55,508 nt of DNA from assembly GCA_913043225.1 (NCBI GenBank), contig CAJWLU010000023.1:1-55508 (forward strand), written 5' to 3'. Below, one piece after another: positions 7,867 to 17,166 of the stretch. Origin of the DNA: an uncultured Acidobacteriota bacterium (GTDB lineage Bacteria > Acidobacteriota > Vicinamibacteria > Vicinamibacterales > UBA8438). The notes below the pieces were generated by a model that worked only from the letters and a program-made list of their open reading frames with translations, did not search any database and was not told the DNA's origin. The position numbers and the translations under genes were made by a program. Each line of letters starts with the position of its first letter. The first letter of the stretch is position 1.

Positions 7867-9767
7867 AGCTACTGGACTGGCTGATCGTTCTGGCCTTCGT
7901 GGTGTATGCGGTCGGCGTTGGACTCAGACATCGTCGGCAGGCCTCGCGCAGCCTCGAGGAGTACTTCCTGGCGGGTCGCTCGTTGTCCGGCTGGAAGGCC
8001 GGGCTCAGCATGGCGGCCACTCAGTACGGTGCCGACACCCCCCTGCTGGTCACCGGCATCGTCGCCGTCTCGGGCATCTTCGGCGTCTGGCAGTTCTGGA
8101 TCTACGCTGTCACCTTCCTCTTCATGGGGTTCGTACTGGCTGGCGCCTGGCGACGAGCCGGTGTGGTCACCGACGCCGAGCTGACCGAGGTGCGCTACGG
8201 CGGTCCCCCTGCTTCGGTGCTCCGTGGCGTCAAGGCGGTCTATCAGGGCACCATCATCAACTGTGTCTCGCTGGCCTGGGTGCTGTTTGCCGCCGCCAAG
8301 GTCGCCGAGCCGTTCTTGTTGTGGGACCAGTGGTTGCCGGCGGGACTCTTCCTACCGGTGGTCGCTTTGGTTGAGTCCGTCGGTGTGCCGCTCTCGATTG
8401 TGGGTCCCGAGGCGGCAGACGTCTGGGTCCGAACGGCCAGCAACCTGATCTCCCTGTTGCTTATTCTCACGGTCACCGCGCTGTACTCGTCCACCGGCGG
8501 GCTGCGCAGTGTCGCGGCTACCGACGTGGTCCAGATCGGCATCATGTTCGTTGGCACGGTCGCCTTCTCTGTGTTCGTCGTTCGGGAGGCTGGTGGGTTG
8601 GGGGAGATGACCGCGCGGGTGCAGTCTACGTTCTCTGAAGGCGGTCCGGGCGGCATCACGCCGTCACAGATTCTTGCCTTTACCCCGGCGCAGGCGAAGG
8701 ACGCCACGCTGACGGTGCTCTCGATGTTGGGGCTGTTATGGCTCATCAACTCGGTGTCGGACGGATCTGGCTATCTCGCGCAGCGTTCGATGGCGTGCCG
8801 AAGCGACCGCGACGCGAAGACCGCCGCGTTGGTGTTCACCTTCACGCAGGTCGTAGCGCGAAGTCTGATCTGGCTGCCGATCGCCGTCGGGTTGATGGTG
8901 TTGTTCCCGCCGGACCCCTCGCTGCCGCCAGAGCTGCTACAGGGAGATCGTGAGGCCACCTTCGTGCGCGGGATGGCGGAGCTCCTCCCGGTTGGCGTGA
9001 TGGGTCTCATGCTCACCGGCATGCTGGCAGCGCTGGCGTCCACGGTGGATACGCACCTCAACTGGGGGGCGTCTTACTGGACGAACGATCTCTACAAGCG
9101 ATTCATCTGCCAATCGTGGCGTGGCACCGAGCCGAGTGGTCGGTCGCTGGTCTGGGTGGCGCGCGGCTCGAGCCTGGTGATCCTGCTGATCGCCTTGGCG
9201 ATCATGAGCCAGCTCACGTCCATCAATCAGGCGTGGCAGGTCAACTTGCTATTCGGGGCCGGCCTCGGGGTGGTGCAGGTGCTGCGCTGGCTCTGGTGGC
9301 GAATGAACGCCTGGGGGGAGATCTCGGCGATGGCGGTCTCGGCCGTGGCGGCGCCGGTGCTGCTGGCGGCGTTTGGCGATGACCAGCAGGCACTCCGGTT
9401 GTTGCTGATGGGCGCGCTTTCTACGCTGGCGGCGCTGGTCGCGGTCTGGCTGAAAGGGCCGGAGGCGCCTGAGGTTCTGGAAGCGTTCTATCGTCGAGTG
9501 CGTCCGGTTGGCTACTGGCGTCCAGTGGGAGAGATGGTTGACCGGAGTGGCGCCGCAGCCGGGCCCGGCCGTCTCGCTCGAGCCCTGACCGCGATGCTAT
9601 TGTGCGCAGTGACGGTCTTTAGCGTGCTGGTCGGGTTCGGTACTTGGATGCTAGGCAGCCCGGCACCGGCCGGAATACCGACCCCGGTCTGGGTGGTATC
9701 CCTGCTGCTGGTAGGTGCGGGGGTTGCCCCGTTTTGGTGTCGACTCGGGTTCGGCCGCGACGCCTAA
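7863..9767 (+). CDS. Sodium:solute symporter (SSS) family protein
   Basis: EYFLAGRSL, SMAATQYGADTPL, GYLAQR, STVDTHLNWGASYWTND. Confidence 0.9.
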   Translation: MQLLDWLIVLAFVVYAVGVGLRHRRQASRSLEEYFLAGRSLSGWKAGLSMAATQYGADTPLLVTGIVAVSGIFGVWQFWIYAVTFLFMGFVLAGAWRRAGVVTDAELTEVRYGGPPASVLRGVKAVYQGTIINCVSLAWVLFAAAKVAEPFLLWDQWLPAGLFLPVVALVESVGVPLSIVGPEAADVWVRTASNLISLLLILTVTALYSSTGGLRSVAATDVVQIGIMFVGTVAFSVFVVREAGGLGEMTARVQSTFSEGGPGGITPSQILAFTPAQAKDATLTVLSMLGLLWLINSVSDGSGYLAQRSMACRSDRDAKTAALVFTFTQVVARSLIWLPIAVGLMVLFPPDPSLPPELLQGDREATFVRGMAELLPVGVMGLMLTGMLAALASTVDTHLNWGASYWTNDLYKRFICQSWRGTEPSGRSLVWVARGSSLVILLIALAIMSQLTSINQAWQVNLLFGAGLGVVQVLRWLWWRMNAWGEISAMAVSAVAAPVLLAAFGDDQQALRLLLMGALSTLAALVAVWLKGPEAPEVLEAFYRRVRPVGYWRPVGEMVDRSGAAAGPGRLARALTAMLLCAVTVFSVLVGFGTWMLGSPAPAGIPTPVWVVSLLLVGAGVAPFWCRLGFGRDA

Positions 9768-9780
9768 CGTTCCATTCAAC

Positions 9781-10689
9781 TTACCGCGTCACCCTGACGG
9801 TGACGTCTTCGGTGGTGTACAGCCCCCCATCGTGCGCCTGGGCGCGCAGCACATAGGTCCCCGGCCGGCTGAACGTCGCCTGTGCGGTCCAGCGGCCGTC
9901 CTCGGGGGGGGCTGGAGTAGACCATCCAGGCGACCAGGGCGCGTTCCGGTTCACGCGCGAATCCTCCCAGACCGCGATCTGCTCCGGTTCGAACGCCACC
10001 TGTTCGCCGGGGCCCCGATAGACGAACCAGGAGAAGCGCAGGCCGGTAGCGCTGTCGGTCGTGATCCGGCCGGGACGACGAGGGTTGGCGGGGGCAAGTC
10101 CGCGCGCGCGCGGCACACCGTCGTCGGTCACGGTTGCTGCCAGGTCAAGCGGTTCTCCGATTCTCACGCTCCGGGTGTTGCTCCCCTCGACCACCAGCAT
10201 CGGTGGCGCGTTGCCAGGCATCTCAGGTGTGGCTCCGGCCGCCCCGGCAGCGCCAAAATTGGCCTGTTTGACCAGATCGTCGATGAAGTAGTCGCGCTTC
10301 AGCGTCGCGTAGGCTCGTTCGGTCCGACCGTTCGTGGTCAGGGTCCAGACCAACTCTTTGTCGCCGAAATCGGCTGGTACACGGACCTGGAACACGAAGC
10401 GGTTGCGCCGCGGAAGAAAGTGGGTGGGCTGGCCTTGATCCGGCCCGCCCGGCTCGATGATGTTGTCAGGCCCGACTGGTACGTCGATGACCTCTTCCCA
10501 GTTCCGGTTCATGTAACCGAACACCAGGTTGAAAGAGCCGTCCTCGTTCTGCTCCCAGCCCTCGTACGCCGGGGCTATGTTCTGTCCGCTGGCAAAGGAT
10601 TGAGCGTCCGAGGCTCGAACCGATCCCAGACCGAACGCCAGGGCGAGACACAGGACGGCTACGCCGACGCGTGGGTAGAGGCCACTCAT
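9781..10689 (-). CDS. Conserved secreted hypothetical protein with a C-terminal Ig/PKD-like segment
   Basis: Signal peptide; QNIAPAYEGWEQNEDGSFNLVFGYMNRN; TFSRPGTYVLRAQAHDG; starts 11 nt after the monooxygenase-like gene. Confidence 0.8.
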   Translation of the reverse strand: MSGLYPRVGVAVLCLALAFGLGSVRASDAQSFASGQNIAPAYEGWEQNEDGSFNLVFGYMNRNWEEVIDVPVGPDNIIEPGGPDQGQPTHFLPRRNRFVFQVRVPADFGDKELVWTLTTNGRTERAYATLKRDYFIDDLVKQANFGAAGAAGATPEMPGNAPPMLVVEGSNTRSVRIGEPLDLAATVTDDGVPRARGLAPANPRRPGRITTDSATGLRFSWFVYRGPGEQVAFEPEQIAVWEDSRVNRNAPWSPGWSTPAPPEDGRWTAQATFSRPGTYVLRAQAHDGGLYTTEDVTVRVTR

Positions 10690-10700
10690 GGGGCTACCCC

Positions 10701-12080
10701 CTACTGTCCGCCGCCGGCGTTGAGCTCCGGCGACGAGGTGTCGCAAGTCAGGCAGCCCAAGTCGGCCGTGCCGTCGGCCCGCTCGAGTCGCTCGCGGCGT
10801 GCAACCTCGGCTGCGAATTCTTCGTCGTCCATGTAGATCGCCTGCAGCAGGTTGATGAACATGTTATCTACCGACCGATGGCCCGCGCCGGACCAGTTGC
10901 GCGGATCCGGCACGTTCGGATTGGTAAGCGTGTTGTTGAAGTAGCCGCTCAGGTGCAGGATGGTGCCCTTAGGAAGCAGCGGCGCAGAGTCGTCCGCATA
11001 TTTGTAGACCCGCACCCAGTTGTGGTCGTACCCCGAGCAGTTGAGGGTTTGGGTCGTGTCTCCCCAGATCGCCTCCAGGCACATCCGCACCCCCGGCGCG
11101 TGCATGTGCGGCTCGTAGACGCTCAGCTTGGTGTTCTCGGGCAGCGTAAAGTAGGCGTCCATCCGCTGATTGTCCTCGTTTCCGCGGATGTCGATGTCCG
11201 GCCCGTTACCAAAGAAGAGTAACTCCACTTCCTTTGTCGGTTCGTAGCCCTTCGGGTGGAACTTGAACCCGACGTCGAGCCGCACTTTCGTGTCGGTGCC
11301 GTTCGAGTGGAGATGGGTCGAGGGGAACACCAGTTGCGACCCCGCCCGGAGCATCACGCCTGCCTCCGCGTCGAACACGTCGGCGTTGCGTCCCACTTCG
11401 TGCACCGGCCACGTATAAGTGGTCTCTCGCTCGCTCCCGGGAACGAGTGTGCTCAGTGCAGAGTGGTGCACCACGAACAGGCCGCCCACGGTGTCCGAGC
11501 GGACGCCGCGTTTGAGGTCGTTTCGCTCTTTGTATTCGATCGCCGCCACGTAGCGGTCCTCGGTCAGGCCTGCGTCGACCACGCCCAGCATGCCCCACCA
11601 ATCCGGTGCTTCGCCCGCCACTTCGACCTCGGGCGACGACACGACCAGGTCGGGCGTCCCGATTTCCCACTCGTCGACGTCGATGAACGGCGGAGGCGTC
11701 GGCATGTCGGCCGGATTCCCCTCCGGTGCGCCGTTGTCGACCCAGGTCGCGATGAGCTGAATCTGCTCGTCGCTCAGTGACCAGTCGTCCTTGAAGTCCT
11801 GAATGCCGAGATCTTTCTCGATGTACCAGGGCGGCATCACACCCATCCGGTTTCGGAGGCCGGTGCGTTGCTTAATCGATCGGGCCCAGGGGCGGACTTC
11901 TTCGTAGGTGATCAGCGACATCGGCGCCAGCGAGTCTGGCCTGTGGCACTTCTGGCAGCTCCGCTGAAAGATCGGGGCGATGTGCTTGCTGAAAGTCACC
12001 TCGTCCTGCGCGGCGGCGGGCTGGGGTGTTCCGGTCGCGGCCAGTGCAAACGTGGCGATGATGATCAAGCGCTTCGTCAT
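10701..12080 (-). CDS. Cytochrome c (CxxCH) fused to a PHM/DBM-like copper monooxygenase domain
   Basis: GGGGAG RBS; signal peptide; CQKCH, MPPW, VVHH, THLH, PHMH, DNMF. Confidence 0.75.
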   Translation of the reverse strand: MTKRLIIIATFALAATGTPQPAAAQDEVTFSKHIAPIFQRSCQKCHRPDSLAPMSLITYEEVRPWARSIKQRTGLRNRMGVMPPWYIEKDLGIQDFKDDWSLSDEQIQLIATWVDNGAPEGNPADMPTPPPFIDVDEWEIGTPDLVVSSPEVEVAGEAPDWWGMLGVVDAGLTEDRYVAAIEYKERNDLKRGVRSDTVGGLFVVHHSALSTLVPGSERETTYTWPVHEVGRNADVFDAEAGVMLRAGSQLVFPSTHLHSNGTDTKVRLDVGFKFHPKGYEPTKEVELLFFGNGPDIDIRGNEDNQRMDAYFTLPENTKLSVYEPHMHAPGVRMCLEAIWGDTTQTLNCSGYDHNWVRVYKYADDSAPLLPKGTILHLSGYFNNTLTNPNVPDPRNWSGAGHRSVDNMFINLLQAIYMDDEEFAAEVARRERLERADGTADLGCLTCDTSSPELNAGGGQ

Positions 12081-12175
12081 GTCGCTCCCCTTCGTAAACC
12101 ACTCCAGGCCGTGATCTTAGTGCCGAAGGAGTCAGCCTGCAACCCACCCCTGGCGAGGATATAGTAGCCACCCCG

Positions 12176-12390
12176 ATGTCTTCTGTGCGGCGGTGGGGGT
12201 CGACGCTGTTGTTCGGAACTTGGTTAGTGTTGCTTCCGACCCTCCTGCCCGGCCAACTCCAGGGACGAATGGTCGACTGGAACGGTTCGCCCGTTGCCGA
12301 CGCGACCTCGGTCCCTGGGAGCAGATCTTCTACGGCGAGTTCAATAGCCGGCGACCTAAACGGGTCCTGGTCAAGGTGATCGGCGAGTAG
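12176..12390 (+). pseudogene. Chimeric deletion scar: 5' end of a secreted protein gene joined to the 3' end of yjbQ (UPF0047)
   Basis: One frame gives a signal-like start plus [19 protein letters not shown]; another frame from 12304 gives [28 protein letters not shown], like the YjbQ C-terminus. Confidence 0.7.
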
Positions 12391-12395
12391 GAGCG

Positions 12396-13121
12396 CTACC
12401 GGAACCGCTGACCGTCGACGGCGGCATACTTGGCCATCGCTCGATTCAGACCGACCGTGGCTTCGAGCGCGGACACCACGGCGTCGAGTCGAGCGCCGGG
12501 AATCGCACAGGTCAGCTCCTCTGGTGCCATCCCGGTACGGGCTCGGCTGAGCGCGCAGCCGACGCTCGCGGCCACCGCGTGCTGCTCTTTCGCCATGGCC
12601 ACGATGTGGCACTGCGGCTTGCCCTCGAACTGCATGCCGGGCACGGCATCACTGAGGGTCATGAGCCCGAATCCGGTGACCCGCAAGAGCACGACGTTGG
12701 GTTGGGTCGTGGCGTCAGCCAGCGGGCCATAAACGACCGATCCCGGGCGCTCGGCCACCACCGGGAGCGCCGTGACCGCTGGTTCGTCGACCCAGCCGGA
12801 GTCGAGCACGGCCCCCACATCGTCGGTCGCGGCCGCTTCCTCAAGGGTCAGGAACCCATGGGTGTAGCTGCCCACGCTGCAGTTCGCGTGGTCCGCCTTG
12901 GTAGTGGCGAACGTTTCGATGGACGCCTGCATCCAGAAGACACACCCGGCCGGCACTTGACCCGTCCGACCTTGTGCGTTCGGCTCCGGATAAGGAATGT
13001 CGCGTCGCGATGGCCCTGGAGCCTCCGCAGCGTGAAACGTGATCGCGATCGGAGGAGCGACAGGCCGCAGGGTCGCGACCAGACGCTCACTCAGGGACCG
13101 GAAGTTCACCCAGCCAGACAC
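12396..13121 (-). CDS. DUF169 family protein
   Basis: VPAGCVFW, HANCSVGSYTHG, VYGPL, GKPQC, SVGCALSRARTG; start overlaps the upstream stop (TAGTG). Confidence 0.75.
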   Translation of the reverse strand: MSGWVNFRSLSERLVATLRPVAPPIAITFHAAEAPGPSRRDIPYPEPNAQGRTGQVPAGCVFWMQASIETFATTKADHANCSVGSYTHGFLTLEEAAATDDVGAVLDSGWVDEPAVTALPVVAERPGSVVYGPLADATTQPNVVLLRVTGFGLMTLSDAVPGMQFEGKPQCHIVAMAKEQHAVAASVGCALSRARTGMAPEELTCAIPGARLDAVVSALEATVGLNRAMAKYAAVDGQRFR

Positions 13122-14485
13122 TAGTAGTCGTCGACGGACAACGACGCCTTGATAAGTTCATTGTCGTTGCGATGGAAGACATGGCCGTTGGCATAGGCCG
13201 GATGGGTCCAGTTGATCATCCGCGCGCCAAACCGGCGTGCGCCGAAGCCCGCATCACCGGTCGGTTCGATCAATCGTGTGCGGGCCTGTTCCACGTAGCC
13301 GTCCGGTGTGAACTGTGCGCTGATTAAGAGACCGTCGTCGTTGTTGACTAGGTAGCGGTCGCCCTGCTTGACCATGAACGCGGTGCCCCATCGTGCCTGG
13401 GCCACCATCTGGTCGTTCATCCACAGTCGCTCGCCGCTGGTGGCATCGAGGCCACGTAGCTCGCCGTAGCTGCCCACCCCGTAGACGTAGTCTCCCTCGA
13501 TGAGCGGCGTGGTGATCAGCGCATGCAGGCCGTCGGTTTCCTCCGGCATCTCGCTCCGGCTCTGCCCTCGCCACAGGAGTTCCGCGTCGGGCCGATCCTG
13601 GTCGAGTCGCATCATGAGCGAGCCGCGATAGAACTGCGTCACGAGGAGATAGTTGCCGCTGTGCACTGGAGTGGCCACCGACATCCCGGAGCCCGCTTCC
13701 CACTCCTCTTCCCAGTACAGTTCCCCGTTCTCCGGGTTGAGCGAGACTAGCGCCGCGGCGTGCCACACGATGAGCTGACGAGCCCCACCAGCCTCGATGA
13801 TGATTGGCTGGCCGTAACCCATCTCCCCCTCGACGTCGAGCGCGCGCCACACCTCTTCGCCCGTGTGTTTGTTCCAAGCCACGACGAGGCCGCCCGGCTC
13901 GCCACCGACCACGTTGATCAGGTGGTCGCCGTCGACGATGGGTGAACTCGCGACGCCCCAGGTCGGGATGAAGCTGTCGTAGTCCTCGAGGTAGTGCTTC
14001 TCCCAGCAAATCTCTCCAGTGGTGGCCTCCAGACAGTAGAGGTCGCCGGCCGCGCCGACCACATAGACACGGTCGCCGTCGACGGTCGGGGTGGCCCGCG
14101 GACCGATCGCGTAGGAGGCCATCAGCATTCGATAGGAGGTCGGCCACTCGCGGGTCCAGAGCACCTCACCGGTCTCCTCGTCGAGCGCCATCGCCCGCTC
14201 GGTGCCGTCCATGGTGCGGGACTCGGGATCTTCAACCCAGTCGGTGATGAAGACCCGGCCGTCGGCCACTGCCGGCCCGGAGTACCCCGAGCTGATCGGG
14301 ACGCGCCATTTCACGTTCAGCGTTTCGGGCACGCCCTCGACGATACCCGTTTCGTTCCACACGCCGTGACGGCCGGCGCCTCGCCACTCCGGCCAGTCGT
14401 TCGCCAGTAACGGCGTGGCCAGTAGCGTCACCGTGGCCACCGCCAGACCAGCTAGACGCAGCCGGACACTCGAAAACAGGTTCAT
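13121..14485 (-). CDS. PQQ-binding-like (BamB-like) beta-propeller protein
   Basis: GGAGG RBS; signal peptide; DWPEWRG, GYSGPAVADGRVF, GPRATPTVDGDRVY, WTHPAYANG. Confidence 0.85.
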   Translation of the reverse strand: MNLFSSVRLRLAGLAVATVTLLATPLLANDWPEWRGAGRHGVWNETGIVEGVPETLNVKWRVPISSGYSGPAVADGRVFITDWVEDPESRTMDGTERAMALDEETGEVLWTREWPTSYRMLMASYAIGPRATPTVDGDRVYVVGAAGDLYCLEATTGEICWEKHYLEDYDSFIPTWGVASSPIVDGDHLINVVGGEPGGLVVAWNKHTGEEVWRALDVEGEMGYGQPIIIEAGGARQLIVWHAAALVSLNPENGELYWEEEWEAGSGMSVATPVHSGNYLLVTQFYRGSLMMRLDQDRPDAELLWRGQSRSEMPEETDGLHALITTPLIEGDYVYGVGSYGELRGLDATSGERLWMNDQMVAQARWGTAFMVKQGDRYLVNNDDGLLISAQFTPDGYVEQARTRLIEPTGDAGFGARRFGARMINWTHPAYANGHVFHRNDNELIKASLSVDDY

Positions 14486-14509
14486 GCCTAGTCCTCCCCT
14501 TGAGCCAAC

Positions 14510-16837
14510 ATGCAAGTCTATACTCTTCCGCAGCGCATGCGTCCGTCCCGGCTCGTGTGGCTGGCCACACCCCTCATCGTGTTCCGGTTCGGGGCGGCCG
14601 CGTCCGCGCAGCCCGCTTCTTTATTACCCACGACCCTACTCGGTCCCTCGGCGCCGGTGGCGCCGGCGGTCGTGAACCGGGATGCCGAGGGCCGCGCCAC
14701 AGTGCGCGCCACGCGCCTCGAGACGCCGCTCCAGCTCGACGGCCGGCTCGACGAGTCGGTGTACGACGAGGTCGCGTTCATCACCGACTTCATCCAGCAG
14801 CTTCCGGATGAAGGCGCGCTGGGCAGCCAACGCACCGAAGCCTGGGTGTTCTATGACGACACCAGCGTCTACATCTCGGCTCGTTGCTATGACGACGCGC
14901 CCCCTAGCGAGTGGATCGCGAATGAGATGCGGCGCGATGTGATGCCGCTCCGCCAGAACGATTCGTTCTCGGTCATGCTGGACACCTTCTACGACCGTCG
15001 CAACGGTCTCGCGTTCCTCGTCACGCCCATCGGTGGCTTCTCCGATTTCGCTATTTCCGACGAAGGAGGGCGGGTCAACATCGACTGGAACACCATCTGG
15101 GACTCGCGCACAGGTCGGTTCGACGGCGGCTGGACGGTCGAGATCCGGATCCCGTTCAAATCGCTTCGCTACCGTCCGGTTGCCGACCAGGTCTGGGGGC
15201 TACAGCTTCGTCGCATCATCCGGCGGCGGACCGAGGCGTCCTACCTCACGGCGCTTCCCATATCGGCCGCCCGCGGCAACAGCGTCATCGCGGGCCTCTG
15301 GCGTGTCTCTGCCGCCGGTTCGCTGATGGGGGTCGAGCTTCCAGAGCAGAGTCGTCATGTCGAGATGAAGCCGTACGGCATCGGCGGAGTCACGACGGAT
15401 TTGGATGCCTCGCCGGCTCGTCGAGACGACCTTGCCGGTGATGTGGGGCTCGACCTCAAGTACGGCATCACCCAGAACCTGACCGCCGACTTCACCCTGA
15501 ACACCGATTTCGCGCAGGTCGAGGTGGATGAGCGGCAGCTCGACTTGACCCGCTTCAGTCTCTTCTTTCCCGAAAAACGCGAGTTCTTTCTCGAAGCCCG
15601 GGGGAATTTTGACTTCGCCCGCGGAAGCACCGTCAACGGGGTCGGGGCGCCGACGATGTTCTTTAGCCGGCGTATCGGCCTGCAGGGCGGCTCGATGGTG
15701 CCAATTCTGGCGGGAGGGCGGGTCACCGGGAAGGCGGGCGCCTTCGACGTCGGGGCGCTCAACATCCAGACCGATGACGAGGCGGTGTCCGGGGCCGAAA
15801 GCACCAACTTCAGTGTGCTGCGGATCAAACGGGACATCCTGCGACGTAGCACCATCGGCGGGATCGTCACGAATCGGTCAGAGTCGCTGGTCGGCGACGG
15901 CTCCAGTCAGGTTTTCGGCGTGGACGGTCGTTTCGCGTTTCTCGACGACGTGAACCTGGTGGGGTATCTGGCTCGGGCGAACGTGCCGGAACGGCGCGGG
16001 CGCGACCTGAGTTACCTGGGCCAGTTCGCTTACACGGGTGACCGATACGGGCTGGACGTGGGCCACTTGGTGGTCGAGGACAACTTCATTCCCGAGGCGG
16101 GCTTTGTGCGGCGGGGCAACATCCGCCAGTCGTCGCTCTCGGCCCGTTTCAGTCCCCGCCCGCGCGGCATCGATTGGATCCGGCGCGTCAGTCTGGCGGG
16201 CGGATTCAGACACATCGAAGCGGCCGACATAGGGCAGCTCGAGACGCGGGTGCGCGAGGCCGAACTTGAGATCCAACTCGAGAACAGTGACGCAGTGTCG
16301 GTCGAGGTGTCCGATCGCGACGAGGTGCTCGCCCGGCCGTTCCGGATTACACCGGAGGTCACGATCCCGGTGGGCACATATGGCTTCCGCGACATCGAAG
16401 CGACCTACGCCTTCGGTCAACAGCGGCCGGTATCCGGGTCGGTCTCGATCACGACCGGCCAGTTCTGGAGTGGCGAAGCGACCTCGCTCGAGGTCAGTCG
16501 CGGCCGGATCGAGATAACTCCGCAGCTGTCGGTCGAGCCGAGTGTGTCGGTGAACTGGATCAATCTGCCAGAGGGCAGTTTCACCGCCACGCTCGCGCTC
16601 ACCCGCATGACTTACACGGTGTCGCCCCGGATGTTCTTCAGCGGTCTGCTGCAGTACAGCTCGAGCGCCGACACGTTCAGTACGAACTTCCGGTTGCGCT
16701 GGGAGTACTCGCCGGGCAGCGAGCTGTTCGTGGTGTACACGGAGGACCGCGACACCGATCCCTTCCGTCCTAATCGTGGGACCGAGCTCCGCAATCGCGG
16801 CTTCGTCGTGAAGACAACCCGTCTGTTTCGCTTCTAG
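14510..16837 (+). CDS. DUF5916 / CBM9-like domain outer-membrane protein
   Basis: LDGRLDESVY, NTDFAQVEVD, RFSLFFPEKREFFLE, FFSRRIG, C-terminal LFRF; start may be 14537. Confidence 0.85.
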   Translation: MQVYTLPQRMRPSRLVWLATPLIVFRFGAAASAQPASLLPTTLLGPSAPVAPAVVNRDAEGRATVRATRLETPLQLDGRLDESVYDEVAFITDFIQQLPDEGALGSQRTEAWVFYDDTSVYISARCYDDAPPSEWIANEMRRDVMPLRQNDSFSVMLDTFYDRRNGLAFLVTPIGGFSDFAISDEGGRVNIDWNTIWDSRTGRFDGGWTVEIRIPFKSLRYRPVADQVWGLQLRRIIRRRTEASYLTALPISAARGNSVIAGLWRVSAAGSLMGVELPEQSRHVEMKPYGIGGVTTDLDASPARRDDLAGDVGLDLKYGITQNLTADFTLNTDFAQVEVDERQLDLTRFSLFFPEKREFFLEARGNFDFARGSTVNGVGAPTMFFSRRIGLQGGSMVPILAGGRVTGKAGAFDVGALNIQTDDEAVSGAESTNFSVLRIKRDILRRSTIGGIVTNRSESLVGDGSSQVFGVDGRFAFLDDVNLVGYLARANVPERRGRDLSYLGQFAYTGDRYGLDVGHLVVEDNFIPEAGFVRRGNIRQSSLSARFSPRPRGIDWIRRVSLAGGFRHIEAADIGQLETRVREAELEIQLENSDAVSVEVSDRDEVLARPFRITPEVTIPVGTYGFRDIEATYAFGQQRPVSGSVSITTGQFWSGEATSLEVSRGRIEITPQLSVEPSVSVNWINLPEGSFTATLALTRMTYTVSPRMFFSGLLQYSSSADTFSTNFRLRWEYSPGSELFVVYTEDRDTDPFRPNRGTELRNRGFVVKTTRLFRF

Positions 16838-17166
16838 AGCAGGTTCTCGCATCGAGAGCCCGCAGCGCGGCGTGGGGTCTTGGGGTGACTACCTGACTCT
16901 GTAGGAGCCCCAAGAAGGTCTCGACTTGTTCGTTCATGGCGATCAGGGGCCGACACCCCTGGGTGTCGGAGAAGCTAGATTGTGAGGGGGGGGGCAGTAC
17001 TGGGGCGGGGCGCCGCCCAGCGCGCGGAGGAAGTTCCGGCGGCTGCTTGTCGTCGTAACGGGCAAACCCTATCAGGCTGGGCGGGCTTGCACCTCCTTGG
17101 TCTCTACGATAGTTTTGCAGTCGATTCACCTGGACCCGGACGCCCTTGCAGACAGGAAGGTTCACG

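Noticed and set aside
16879..16970. Hairpins TCTTGGGG/CCCCAAGA and CCGACACC/GGTGTCGG
   Set aside because: No U tract, no second copy seen and no family recognised; possibly terminators but unsupported.
17025..17075. GGAGGAAGTTCCGG (RNase P-like) and GGGCAAACCC (c-di-GMP-I-like)
   Set aside because: The downstream conserved elements of both RNAs are missing, and there is too little room before the next gene.
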